Both the position numbers and the translations under genes were made by a program. Of a stretch of 64,000 bases of DNA, positions 9,828 through 19,363 are shown piece after piece. The DNA comes from Candidatus Sulfopaludibacter sp. SbA3 (GTDB lineage Bacteria > Acidobacteriota > Terriglobia > 20CM-2-55-15). Position 1 is the stretch's first letter; every line of letters starts with the position of its first letter. The stretch is taken from NCBI GenBank assembly GCA_945865815.1, contig CAMBFR010000009.1, positions 689-64,688 of the forward strand, written 5' to 3'. Under the pieces are notes generated by a model. The model worked only from the letters and a program-made list of their open reading frames with translations, was not told the origin of the DNA and searched no databases.

Positions 9828-11075
9828 ATGCCAGTAACGAAATTCACAAAATGGGTGGGGTCGCCGCTGGACGGCTTGAGCATGGAGGAATTGCTCGACC
9901 AGATTTCCGAGTTCCTTCTGCAGAGCGGATTCAACCATGGCTACTTCGACGACGGCAATCCACACAACATCGACGCGCTTCGCCAGGCGATCATCGAGAA
10001 GCTGGCGGAGATGGGACGGATTCCACAGAGCCTGCTCGAACAATGGCTGAACGATCCCACAGAAGGCGACGCGCAGAAACTCAACGAGCTTATCGACCAG
10101 GCCATCCGCCGTCTGATCGAGGAAGGCTGGATACAGGCGAGCCAATCGCAGGAAGGCCCCTCCGCCTTCGATGAGAACGGCGAAGGTTACGAAGACGACC
10201 CCGCGGGTTCGGCGCGATTCGAGCTTACGGACAAATCAATCGACTTCCTCGGATTCCGCCTGTTACGCCACCTGCTCGGCTCGCTCGGGCGGAGCAGTTT
10301 CGGCCGGCACGAAACCGCGCACTTCGCCACGGGTGTGGAAGCCTACCAGCAGCCGAAGGATTACGAGTTCGGCGACACGCTGAACCTCGACATCAGCTCG
10401 ACGCTGCTGCACGCGGTGGCGCGCGAAGGCCTGGGAACGCCGATCAACCTCGAGTACTCGGACCTGAAGGTCCGGCAGGCGGAATACGAGAGCTCGTGCT
10501 CGACGGTGCTTCTGCTCGATACGAGTCACAGCATGATCCTGTATGGCGAGGATCGATTCACGCCGGCCAAGCGCGTGGCGCTCGCGCTGTCTCACCTGAT
10601 CCGCACGCAGTATCCCGGAGATTCGCTGCGCCTCGTCCTGTTTCACGACTCCGCCGAGGAGGTGCCGCTGAAGGAACTCGCGCGCGTGGTGGTGGGTCCC
10701 TATCACACGAATACGTGCGAAGGCCTGCGGCTGGCTCGACGTTTATTGATGGCCGACAAGAAGGACATGCGGCAGATCATCATGATCACGGACGGCAAGC
10801 CGTCGGCGATCACTCTGCCGAATGGAAGGATCTACAAGAACGCGTTCGGTCTCGATCCGATGATCCTGGAAGAAACGTACAAGGAAGTGGCGATCTGCAG
10901 GCGGTCCGGAATCCTGATCAACACATTCATGCTGGCCAGCGATCACTACCTGGTGGACTTCGTGAAGCGTGTCACCGAAATATGCCGCGGCAAGGCATAC
11001 TTCACGACTACTGTGAATCTTGGGCAATACATCCTGATGGATTACCTGAAGAAGAAAGTGGAGACCATTCATTAG
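9828..11075 (+). CDS. VWA domain-containing protein
   Basis: MIDAS motif LLDTSHSM (DxSxS), plus TNT and ITDGKPS. Confidence 0.9.
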   Translation: MPVTKFTKWVGSPLDGLSMEELLDQISEFLLQSGFNHGYFDDGNPHNIDALRQAIIEKLAEMGRIPQSLLEQWLNDPTEGDAQKLNELIDQAIRRLIEEGWIQASQSQEGPSAFDENGEGYEDDPAGSARFELTDKSIDFLGFRLLRHLLGSLGRSSFGRHETAHFATGVEAYQQPKDYEFGDTLNLDISSTLLHAVAREGLGTPINLEYSDLKVRQAEYESSCSTVLLLDTSHSMILYGEDRFTPAKRVALALSHLIRTQYPGDSLRLVLFHDSAEEVPLKELARVVVGPYHTNTCEGLRLARRLLMADKKDMRQIIMITDGKPSAITLPNGRIYKNAFGLDPMILEETYKEVAICRRSGILINTFMLASDHYLVDFVKRVTEICRGKAYFTTTVNLGQYILMDYLKKKVETIH

Positions 11076-11156
11076 GGAATTTCGAAATCGGACGAATCCT
11101 GCACCTCAAATCCGAAAGCCGAAATATCAAATTGGACTGCAGTTCTTCCCCCAAAT

Positions 11157-11186
11157 AAAAAAGGCCCCGCGGTCTGCGGGGCCTTT
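11157..11186 (-). terminator. Intrinsic terminator, probably bidirectional
   Basis: Stem aaggccccgc/gcggggcctt with a 5-nt loop. U6 tract on the minus strand and ttt on the plus strand. Confidence 0.85.
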
Positions 11187-11200
11187 ACTGTTCCGGTTTA

Positions 11201-11257
11201 CTACTTCTTTTTTTTCGCGGCCTTCTTTTTTGCCGGAGCCTTCTTCTTCGCTGCCAT
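11201..11257 (-). CDS. Putative 18-aa Lys/Ala-rich microprotein MAAKKKAPAKKKAAKKKK
   Basis: GGAGGTGA Shine-Dalgarno 5 nt before the ATG, tandem TAG TAA stops, terminator directly downstream. Below the ORF-track length cutoff. Confidence 0.75.
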   Translation of the reverse strand: MAAKKKAPAKKKAAKKKK

Positions 11258-11422
11258 GTCAATCACCTCCGATCGTTTTCTCTTTGCTACTATTGCTCAC
11301 CTCTTCCGGGTAAGCTTCGTGATGAATTATTTTTAAGTCATGTCGCATGAAAACACAAAGAGAAAATCACGATGCGTTGAATTTTTCTTCAAGCGCCTCA
11401 CGGCCCTCTCTTAGCTTTTTCT

Positions 11423-11449
11423 TGAAACCTGAGACAGGTCAGGTCCGTA
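11423..11449 (+). promoter_or_regulatory. Candidate ECF sigma (SigW-like) promoter TGAAAC-N17-CGTA
   Basis: TGAAAC at 11423-11428 and CGTA at 11446-11449, 13 nt upstream of the adaptor ATG. Confidence 0.55.
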
Positions 11450-11462
11450 TTGAAAGGTTGAA

Positions 11463-12815
11463 ATGACTACCAGGAAGAAAGTGCTCATCGGAGTTTTCGC
11501 AATTGCAGCCTTCGGCTCGACGGCGGGTTACATGAGGTTCATGCAAAATCGCGGAGTCCTTGAAGTGCAGGCTGGACGTGCGTTTCAGCAGGACCTGATT
11601 CAGACGGTGACGGCAAACGGCGAGATCAAACCAAAGAAATCCGTGAACATCAGCTCGAACATGATGGGACGCATTGTGACGATGCCGGTGAAGGAAGGCG
11701 ACCCGGTCCGGGAAGGCGATCTTCTGATTCGACTAGAGTCCATCCAGACCGAAGCGGATGTTCGCGCGGCGGAGGCAAACCTCGAGGCGGCGCAATCCGA
11801 GCTCGAAGGAATGGATGCGTCGATACGTTCGGCGGACGCGACGATCAATTCCGCCAGGGCGGAGGTCGCCCGATCGCAGGCGGACCTGAACCGCGCGCAG
11901 CAGAACTTCACGCGCGCGGAGCAGCTGAACAGGGACGGCCTCATTTCGAAGGAACAGTACGACAGGACAAAGGCAGAGCTCGATATCGCGGTCGCGCAGA
12001 TGAACGCCAACCGCGCGCGCGTGGCCCAGAGCGAAGCGCAGGCGGCGCAGGTGCTGAAGCAGAAGGAGGGCGTGGGGCTGCGCATTACGCAGCAACGCTC
12101 GTCGCTGGTCCGCGCGCGGGACCAGTTCAGCAAGACCACGATCGTGTCGCCGCTTGAAGGCGTTATCACGTACCTGCCGGTGAACGTCGGCGAGATTGCC
12201 ATCGTCGGCGTCCAGAATCAGCCCGGCACGGTCCTGATGACGATCGCCGACATGTCGGTGATCACCGCCGAAGTGAAGGTGGATGAGACCGACATCGTGA
12301 ATGTGAAGGTGGGGCAGGAAGCGGAGATTCGCGTGGACGCTCTCGGCGATCGGGTTCTCATCGGCCACGTTTCGGAAGTCGGGAATACAGCGCTGACACG
12401 GTCGGGAACGTCCGCAACGAACACGCAGACGACAACCGACGAAGCCCGGGACTTCAAGGTCATCATCACTCTCGATAGTCCTCCCATCGAATTGAAGCCC
12501 GGTCTCTCCTGCACGGCCACCATCCGGACGGCGGAGCGCACGAGCGTTCTGACCATTCCGATCCAGGCATTGACCGTTCGCGAGTTTGAAGGCCCCGCGG
12601 GTCCTACAGGCCGCAAGATAGAGAAGGAAGGCGTCTACGTCATCAACAACGGTATTGCCCTGTTCCGTGAAGTGAAGACGGGAATCGTGGGAACAACCGA
12701 CATCGAGGTGACGGACGGTCTCATGGAGAACGAAGAGATCGTGACGGGAAGTTTTCAGATCCTGCGCACGTTAAAGGACAACGATCGCGTTCGAACCGAA
12801 AGTCCGGAACAGTGA
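11463..12815 (+). CDS. Efflux transporter periplasmic adaptor subunit (MacA/HlyD/YknX-like)
   Basis: N-terminal TM, lipoyl half-motifs ([20 protein letters not shown]), long coiled-coil hairpin, VDETDI beta-barrel motif. Confidence 0.92.
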   Translation: MTTRKKVLIGVFAIAAFGSTAGYMRFMQNRGVLEVQAGRAFQQDLIQTVTANGEIKPKKSVNISSNMMGRIVTMPVKEGDPVREGDLLIRLESIQTEADVRAAEANLEAAQSELEGMDASIRSADATINSARAEVARSQADLNRAQQNFTRAEQLNRDGLISKEQYDRTKAELDIAVAQMNANRARVAQSEAQAAQVLKQKEGVGLRITQQRSSLVRARDQFSKTTIVSPLEGVITYLPVNVGEIAIVGVQNQPGTVLMTIADMSVITAEVKVDETDIVNVKVGQEAEIRVDALGDRVLIGHVSEVGNTALTRSGTSATNTQTTTDEARDFKVIITLDSPPIELKPGLSCTATIRTAERTSVLTIPIQALTVREFEGPAGPTGRKIEKEGVYVINNGIALFREVKTGIVGTTDIEVTDGLMENEEIVTGSFQILRTLKDNDRVRTESPEQ

Positions 12816-13552
12816 CCGAGCCTGTCACCATGATCCGGACCGAGGATCTCTGGAAGACCTATGAGATGGGTTCCAGTGAAGAGAACAAGGTTCACGCGCT
12901 GCGGGGCGTGACGTTTGATATCCGGCGCAACGAGTACGTCGCGATCATGGGACCCTCGGGCTCGGGCAAGTCCACATTGATGAATCTCATCGGCTGCCTG
13001 GATACGCCGTCGCAGGGGCGCTACTGGTTGAACGGCAAGCTCGTGAGCGAAATGAAGGACGACGAGCTTGCGCATATCCGCAACAAGGAAATCGGTTTCG
13101 TCTTCCAGACTTTCAATCTGCTGCCCCGCTCCTCGGCCCTGCACAACGTGGAACTTCCGCTCGTCTACAGCGGCATTCCCGCGCGGGAGCGCATTGAGCG
13201 GGCCAAACATGCGCTCGCCCTGGTGGAGTTGTCGGACCGGATTCAGCATAAGCCGAACGAACTTTCGGGCGGCCAGCGGCAGCGCGTGGCGATTGCGCGG
13301 GCGCTCGTGAACAAGCCATCGATTATTCTGGCCGACGAACCGACCGGCAATCTCGACTCCCAGACCGGTATCGAGATCATGGCCTTGTTCGACAGGCTCC
13401 ATGCCGAAGGCAACACGATCATTCTCGTCACACACGAAAGGGATATTGCCGCGTACGCGCATCGCATCATCAGTATTCGCGACGGTAAGATTGCGGCAGA
13501 CGAGGCGGTTGACGAGAAGCTAAGGTTGCAGCGTATAGAAAGCCATTCCTAG
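12812..13552 (+). CDS. ABC transporter ATP-binding protein (MacB/LolD-type NBD)
   Basis: [41 protein letters not shown] overlap with the adaptor gene. Confidence 0.95.
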   Translation: MTEPVTMIRTEDLWKTYEMGSSEENKVHALRGVTFDIRRNEYVAIMGPSGSGKSTLMNLIGCLDTPSQGRYWLNGKLVSEMKDDELAHIRNKEIGFVFQTFNLLPRSSALHNVELPLVYSGIPARERIERAKHALALVELSDRIQHKPNELSGGQRQRVAIARALVNKPSIILADEPTGNLDSQTGIEIMALFDRLHAEGNTIILVTHERDIAAYAHRIISIRDGKIAADEAVDEKLRLQRIESHS

Positions 13553-14578
13553 AATCGCGTAGACGGCGAGTAGCAGCACTCCTTCCATCCAGTTCGATTC
13601 TCCATCCAGTGCGATCAGGTTCACCACGCCGACCGAGAGCACGACCGCGGCTATTTCGAAAGTTGTGAACAGGAGATCGAGAGGCCTTCCGAACAGGTAG
13701 CTCAGGAACACGAGCACAGGCGCAACAAGGAGCGCCACCTGCAGGCTGGAGCCAACGGCGATCTGGAATGCGAGATCCATCTTGTTCTTCCGCGCGACCA
13801 AAACCGCAGTGCTATGTTCGGCGGCATTTCCAACGAGCGCGACGATGAAGACGCCGACGAAGATGTCCGACATACCGAGCCGTTCGGCCGTCTGTTCCAC
13901 GGCGCCAACGAGGAATTCGCTGAGCAGAGCGATAAAGGCCGTAGAGATTATCAGGATGACGGTGGCGACCCAGAGCGGCACGTGGCTCAGGCCCAGGGCC
14001 GCTTCGGATTCCGCGTCGCCTTCGCCGGTGTAGAGATGCTTGTGCGTGCGGAGCGCAAACACGAGGCTGAGGATGTAGGTAATGGCGAGGATGATCGAGA
14101 TCTCCAGGCTGAGCGTCCGCTCCTGCGATTCGCGTCCTGCGCCGGCCAGTTGATGAAACAGCGCGGGCATGATGAGGGCGACGGCGCTGAGCGCCAGCAG
14201 CGTACTCGAAAGCGATGCGGCGGTCCGGTTGAATTTGAGCGTGGAGTGTTTGGCGCCGCCTGCGATGAGAGACAGTCCCAGGACAAGCAGGATGTTTCCG
14301 ATAATGGAACCCGTGATCGACGCTTTCACCACCTCGTGCAGGCCGGCCCGAAGCGCAAAGATGGCGATGATCAGTTCTGCGGCATTTCCAAACGTGGCGT
14401 TCAGCAGACCCCCGATGCCGGAGCCGAGATGCTCGGCCATCCATTCGGTAGCGCGCCCCATCCAGCCGGCGAGTGGAATAATCGCGATGCCGGAGGACAG
14501 AAAAATGTACAGCGGATCGGCATGCATCAACTCGAGAACGATCGCCAGAGGAACGGCAAGAAGAAGCCAGTTCAGCAT
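13520..14578 (-). CDS. cax: Calcium/proton exchanger (CaCA family)
   Basis: Alpha-repeats [15 protein letters not shown] and VGNAAEH, C-terminal GESNWMEG, about 11 TM helices. Confidence 0.93.
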   Translation of the reverse strand: MLNWLLLAVPLAIVLELMHADPLYIFLSSGIAIIPLAGWMGRATEWMAEHLGSGIGGLLNATFGNAAELIIAIFALRAGLHEVVKASITGSIIGNILLVLGLSLIAGGAKHSTLKFNRTAASLSSTLLALSAVALIMPALFHQLAGAGRESQERTLSLEISIILAITYILSLVFALRTHKHLYTGEGDAESEAALGLSHVPLWVATVILIISTAFIALLSEFLVGAVEQTAERLGMSDIFVGVFIVALVGNAAEHSTAVLVARKNKMDLAFQIAVGSSLQVALLVAPVLVFLSYLFGRPLDLLFTTFEIAAVVLSVGVVNLIALDGESNWMEGVLLLAVYAILGMAFYTLQP

Positions 14579-14579
14579 T

Positions 14580-15005
14580 TCAAGATCCTAAGGAAAGCAT
14601 ACTGACCAATTCCCGATCCGCCTCGGGAAACTGGCACTGGTTCAGTTCGGATGGAGAAACCCATCGCAGGTCGGCGACCTCGATCAACTGAGGCTCGCCC
14701 AAGAGGACTGAACAATTGAAGAAATGAAGCTGGACGGATTTCGCGGGATAGTGATGCTCGACGGTAAAGACTTCGTCGTGAACGGAAATTTCGAGTGCAA
14801 GCTCCTCCCGGATTTCCCGAACCAGGGCTTGCTGAAACGTCTCGCCTTGTTCCACCTTGCCGCCTGGAAACTCCCACAAGCCCGGCAAGTGAACGGTATC
14901 GAGGCGGCGCGTGATCAGTATCCTGCTCTCGCGGCGGATTATGGCGGCCACAACGGTGATCATCACTTCACGGCTGAGTTCTGTTCTGGCAGGTGCGTCA
15001 TTCAT
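14580..15005 (-). CDS. Nudix hydrolase, MutT/NudG-like
   Basis: [26 protein letters not shown]udix box and FPEAD C-terminal motif. Start uncertain (15005 or about 14966). Confidence 0.88.
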   Translation of the reverse strand: MNDAPARTELSREVMITVVAAIIRRESRILITRRLDTVHLPGLWEFPGGKVEQGETFQQALVREIREELALEISVHDEVFTVEHHYPAKSVQLHFFNCSVLLGEPQLIEVADLRWVSPSELNQCQFPEADRELVSMLSLGS

Positions 15006-15129
15006 ACAGTGGAGGCCTCCAAGCCCGGCGCTCAAATATCTACTCCTCTTCGTGTGTAGCGGCAAAGCCCTTTTATAGCCTGCAACGAGAGATTCAGGTT
15101 TCCGATTCTGACGGTGTAGTATTGCGCTA

Positions 15130-15756
15130 ATGTACGTTCCCGAGTCATTTCGAGTCGCGGATGAAGGTGAGATCGAAGCGTTCCTGCAGCAACACGCTTT
15201 TGCAACGATCGTAAGCTCTTCCCCCGCGGGCCTTCAGGCCACACACGTGCCTGTCGCCGTAAGGCGCGATGCATCCGGCCTTGTCATCGTGGGACATATC
15301 GCGAGGGCGAACTCGCATTGGGAGACGATGGACGGCCTGGTAGAGTCCCTGGCGATCTTCCACGGACCGCACCATTATGTGTCGCCATCCTGGTATGTCG
15401 ATTCACCCGCCGTTCCCACCTGGAACTACGCGGTCGTTCACGCGCATGGGATGCCACGGGCAAGGCAGGACGGCGAGTTTATCGAGGGCGTTCTCGCCGA
15501 TCTGGTGGAACGATATGAAGGCGGACGGGCATCGCCGTGGCGCCTCGAGAATCTGCCGCCGGACTATCGCGATCGACTCGTCGCTGCGATCGTTGGTTTC
15601 GAAATCCACGTCGTTCGACTGGAAGCAAAGTTCAAACTGGGACAGAACCGTCGTTCCGCAGATCAGACTGGAACAATCGCGGGTTTGGAAGGCGAAGGTT
15701 CTCCCGAAGCAGCCACGATGGCCGAGTTCATGCGTTCGCGCCTGAACATGCGTTGA
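15130..15756 (+). CDS. PaiB-family FMN-binding split-barrel protein
   Basis: MYVP..F, GHIARAN, YVSPSWY, VPTWNY and KFKLGQNR motifs. Confidence 0.9.
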   Translation: MYVPESFRVADEGEIEAFLQQHAFATIVSSSPAGLQATHVPVAVRRDASGLVIVGHIARANSHWETMDGLVESLAIFHGPHHYVSPSWYVDSPAVPTWNYAVVHAHGMPRARQDGEFIEGVLADLVERYEGGRASPWRLENLPPDYRDRLVAAIVGFEIHVVRLEAKFKLGQNRRSADQTGTIAGLEGEGSPEAATMAEFMRSRLNMR

Positions 15757-15804
15757 ACGGCAGTGTCCGGTATGGAATCCACGTTCGCGAAGACACGATT
15801 AACT

Positions 15805-17877
15805 ATGCCCAAATCCCCTATTGCTCCAAAACGGCCTCATACGATCACTCAGCATGGACAGACTCGCATTGACGACTACTTCTGGATGCGCTTTCGAGAA
15901 GATCCGGAAGTCATGGCGTATCTCGCGGCGGAAAACGTCTATCTGGACGAGGTCATGCACCATACGAAGCCGCTGCAGGATCAGCTTTTCCATGAAATGA
16001 AGGCCCGCATTAAGGAAGATGACACGTCTGCACCGGAGCGGCGTGGCGATTACTTCTACTACACACGCACGGAAGCCGGACGCCAGTATCGCGTCTTCTG
16101 CCGCAAGCGTGGCTCATTGGAGGCGCCGGAAGAAATCCTGCTGGACCAGAATACGCTCGGCGAGGGTAAGGGCTTCTGCCGCGTGGGAGTGTTTGCGGCC
16201 AGCCCCGATCACCGGAAGCTGGCGTACTCCGTGGACTTTGACGGGTCGGAGAAGTGCACCATCTATATTAAGGACCTGGCTGGTGGAAGCCTCTACCCTG
16301 AAACGATTCCCAATACCTTCAGTGACCTCTTTACTAACCGCGGCGTCGCATGGGCGAATGACAGCCAAACACTCTTCTATGTGACGCTCGACGACCTGCT
16401 GCGTCCCTTCAAGGTTTACCGTCATGTTCTCGGGACAGATCCGGCGAGCGACGGCATGCTCTACCATGAAGCGGACGAAACCTTCTGGCTATCCCTCTAC
16501 AAGTCACGCACGCAGGCGTACATCACTCTCCTCTCTCACTCGACGTTGACCACGGAGTGGCGGACGCTGGACGCCAATCAGCCAGACGCGGAATTTCAAG
16601 TATTTGCGCCGAGGCGCCGAGGCGTCGAGTACAGCATCGAGCACCACGGGCAACGTTTTTACGTTGTCACGAACGAGAATGCGACCAACTTCAAGCTTAT
16701 GGAGACGCCCGTGCAGGCCACGTCTCCGGAAAACTGGCGCGAAGTCGTTCCGCACCGCGCGGACGTTTTCGTTGAAAGCGCGGCTGCATTTCAGGACCAC
16801 CTTGTGTTGTTTGAGCGCCGGGATGGACTGAAGCAGGTTCGCGTGTCGGCGTCCGATGGGAGGACCGGCGCGCATTACGTTCCTTTTCCGGATCCCGTTT
16901 ATGACGTTCGTCCCGAGGAGAATCCGGAATTCAAGACAAATATCGTGCGCTTAACCTACTCCTCGCTGATTTCGCCAAACTCCGTAATCGATTTCCATAT
17001 GGAGACAAGCGAGTGGGAACTCAAGAAGCGGCAGGAAATCCCCAGCGGGTATGATCCGTCTGCTTATGTCACGGAGCGGTTGCATGCCACGGCGGCTGAC
17101 GGGACGAAGGTACCGATATCGCTCGTTTACAGGAAGGGTCTCCTGAGAGATGGCCGGAATCCGGCGCTGCTCTATGGCTACGGATCATATGGCCTCAGCA
17201 TGGACGCCAGTTTCAGCAGCCATCGCTTCAGCCTTGTCGATCGTGGGTTCGTGTTTGCCATCGCTCATATTCGAGGCGGATCGGAACTCGGACGGCCCTG
17301 GTATGACAATGGCAAGATGCTGAACAAGCGCAACACGTTCACGGATTTCATCGCGAGCGCGGAGTATCTGATCTCCCAGGGTTACACGTCACAAGACAAG
17401 CTGGCCATCATGGGCGGATCGGCTGGTGGCCTCCTGGTGGGCGCGTGCCTGGCGATGCGGCCGGACCTGTTCAAAGCGGTCGTTGCCAAGGTGCCGTTCG
17501 TGGATGTGATCAACACGATGAGCGATGCTTCGATTCCATTGACGACGGGAGAATACGACGAGTGGGGCAATCCGGCCGACAAGACGTACTTCGATTACAT
17601 CGCATCCTATTCGCCTTATGACAACGTCCGCGCCACGAGCTATCCGGATATTCTGCTGACGACGGGCCTGAATGATCCGCGCGTGGCCTACTGGGAACCT
17701 GCGAAGTTCGCGGCCAAGCTGCGCGCCGTTAAGACGGATGGCGACCTCCTGTTGCTTAAAACCAACATGGAAGCCGGTCACGCCGGCGCTTCGGGCCGCT
17801 ATGACTACCTGAAGGAAGTTGCGTTTGATTACGCCTTCCTGATCGAACGATTGATTCCACAAACGAAGACGGGGTGA
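15805..17877 (+). CDS. ptrB: Oligopeptidase B (S9A serine peptidase)
   Basis: HGQTRIDDYFW start, RGGSELG..WY, nucleophile GGSAGG, DPRV, AGHAG. Confidence 0.93.
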   Translation: MPKSPIAPKRPHTITQHGQTRIDDYFWMRFREDPEVMAYLAAENVYLDEVMHHTKPLQDQLFHEMKARIKEDDTSAPERRGDYFYYTRTEAGRQYRVFCRKRGSLEAPEEILLDQNTLGEGKGFCRVGVFAASPDHRKLAYSVDFDGSEKCTIYIKDLAGGSLYPETIPNTFSDLFTNRGVAWANDSQTLFYVTLDDLLRPFKVYRHVLGTDPASDGMLYHEADETFWLSLYKSRTQAYITLLSHSTLTTEWRTLDANQPDAEFQVFAPRRRGVEYSIEHHGQRFYVVTNENATNFKLMETPVQATSPENWREVVPHRADVFVESAAAFQDHLVLFERRDGLKQVRVSASDGRTGAHYVPFPDPVYDVRPEENPEFKTNIVRLTYSSLISPNSVIDFHMETSEWELKKRQEIPSGYDPSAYVTERLHATAADGTKVPISLVYRKGLLRDGRNPALLYGYGSYGLSMDASFSSHRFSLVDRGFVFAIAHIRGGSELGRPWYDNGKMLNKRNTFTDFIASAEYLISQGYTSQDKLAIMGGSAGGLLVGACLAMRPDLFKAVVAKVPFVDVINTMSDASIPLTTGEYDEWGNPADKTYFDYIASYSPYDNVRATSYPDILLTTGLNDPRVAYWEPAKFAAKLRAVKTDGDLLLLKTNMEAGHAGASGRYDYLKEVAFDYAFLIERLIPQTKTG

Positions 17878-17881
17878 ACTC

Positions 17882-18517
17882 ATGGAAAACCGATTACGCA
17901 CGATCGGGGCATTTCTGGCGATCCCGCTGCTCATTGCGGTGAACTGGCTGGCGTTCGGAGTGTTCAGTGAGAAGAGCTATCTCGCATGGTACCTGCAGGC
18001 CGGCACGGTGATCAGCCTGGCCACCGGCTTTCTGGGATTGATCTGGGAGAATCTTGCGGCGCGGAAGGCATTGATCTCCGCCAACCCCGCAGAGTACTTC
18101 GGTGCGTGTCTTCAGCTCACGGGCGCGTTTTGTTATTCGCTGGGCACGCATCATCGTTCGCCAAAGGAAAAGCGGATCTCACAGAACGCCAGTCTCGAAA
18201 AGGTTTGGGACGGTGGGATGATGCTGCTACTCACGATTCCTATTATCGGAATCGTAGTGATGTGGGTCATTGTCGTGGCGCCCCTCAATTATCTGGTAAC
18301 GCTGGTGAGTGGCGCGCCGGCGCGCCGCGCGTTGAACGTCCCGGTGCGGCGGGCGGTCGCGGTGGAAGACGGGCACCTGATGTCGGTGAGCGAAGGGGGC
18401 GGCGAGGCGGGCGTGCTCGGCACTCCTAACGACATCTCGTTTGGACGCAATCCGCTCGCTGTCACCCAGGCAATGAACGCCCTGGTTTTGTGGGCGCTAA
18501 GAGAGTATTGGGTTTGA
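17882..18517 (+). CDS. Hypothetical integral membrane protein
   Basis: Several hydrophobic segments; 4 nt after the ptrB stop. Confidence 0.65.
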   Translation: MENRLRTIGAFLAIPLLIAVNWLAFGVFSEKSYLAWYLQAGTVISLATGFLGLIWENLAARKALISANPAEYFGACLQLTGAFCYSLGTHHRSPKEKRISQNASLEKVWDGGMMLLLTIPIIGIVVMWVIVVAPLNYLVTLVSGAPARRALNVPVRRAVAVEDGHLMSVSEGGGEAGVLGTPNDISFGRNPLAVTQAMNALVLWALREYWV

Positions 18518-18521
18518 TCGC

Positions 18522-18992
18522 ATGACAACCAATCCAACCTTCGACGAGAAGGCAGCTCACCGTTACTTTGCTGCAGATTGTTTCAACAAGGCATGGGCGC
18601 TGATCGAAACAGAGAACCGTACCCCGGAACAAGACGAGGAGATGATCCGGCTGAATCAGGCTTCCACGTGGCACTGGACCCAGAGGGAGGATTGCACGCC
18701 ACGAAACATGTCTATCGGGTATTGGCAGGCATCGCGGATATTCGCCATCCTCGGCCGGATTGAACCGGCTCAGCGCTACGCCGAGTTGTGTCTTCAATAC
18801 AGCGAGCAGGAGCCCGAAAGGCCTTTTTTTCTGGGCTATGCGTATGAAGCGTTGGCGCGGGCGGAAAAGCTGGCGGGCAATGACAGCAAGGCCCGGGAGC
18901 ATGCCGCAAAGGCCTTGCGCCTGGCCGGCGCGGTAACGGATCCCGAGGAGCAGAAGTACTTGCTGGCTGACTTGGACGGCCTGCGGCTATAA
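18522..18992 (+). CDS. Hypothetical alpha-helical (TPR-like) protein
   Basis: Co-directional, 4-nt gap. Helical repeats such as 'GYWQASRIFAILG' and 'YAYEALARA'. Confidence 0.75.
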   Translation: MTTNPTFDEKAAHRYFAADCFNKAWALIETENRTPEQDEEMIRLNQASTWHWTQREDCTPRNMSIGYWQASRIFAILGRIEPAQRYAELCLQYSEQEPERPFFLGYAYEALARAEKLAGNDSKAREHAAKALRLAGAVTDPEEQKYLLADLDGLRL

Positions 18993-19035
18993 TTGCGGAA
19001 CCGCGTCTCACAGGATTCGCGGTTGTTCCACGTCC

Positions 19036-19125
19036 GGAGAGGTGCTGGAGTGGCCGAACAGGGCTGCCTGCTAAGCAGTTGCCCGGTCAAAAGCTGGGCC
19101 GGGGGTTCGAATCCCCCCCTCTCCG
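19036..19125 (+). tRNA. tRNA-Ser(GCT); CCA not encoded
   Basis: Acceptor stem GGAGAGG/CCTCTCC with G discriminator, anticodon loop CT-GCT-AA, long variable arm, T-loop GTTCGAATC. Confidence 0.96.
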
Positions 19126-19257
19126 CTTTTCCCCACAACCCGATCTAAAATCGCACATTTCCAATCTCTTACTTCAACTGCGGATTCGTCCATTGATGAA
19201 TCTGCATTGAGGGCAAGGACACTCGACTCAGCCATAGTGCTGGATCTTGGCGGCACG

Positions 19258-19339
19258 CTGTGGGCGCGGGACTTCAGTCCCGTGCAAAGTCCCATAAAAT
19301 GTTTGATCCTGGCACGGGGCTGAAAGCCCCGCGCCCACA
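19258..19339. repeat. Inverted pair of REP-like palindromes (BIME-like)
   Basis: ctGTGGgcgcgggacttcagtcccgtgc (19258-19285) and gcacggggctgaaagccccgcgcccaca (19312-19339). Related copies at 28546 and 32802. Confidence 0.8.
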
Positions 19340-19363
19340 AGCAGACCGGAAACTGGTCCATCG

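Noticed and set aside
19036..19260. tRNA-Ser as an integration site for a genomic island
   Set aside because: No integrase, no duplicated tRNA 3' end and no phage genes were seen nearby.
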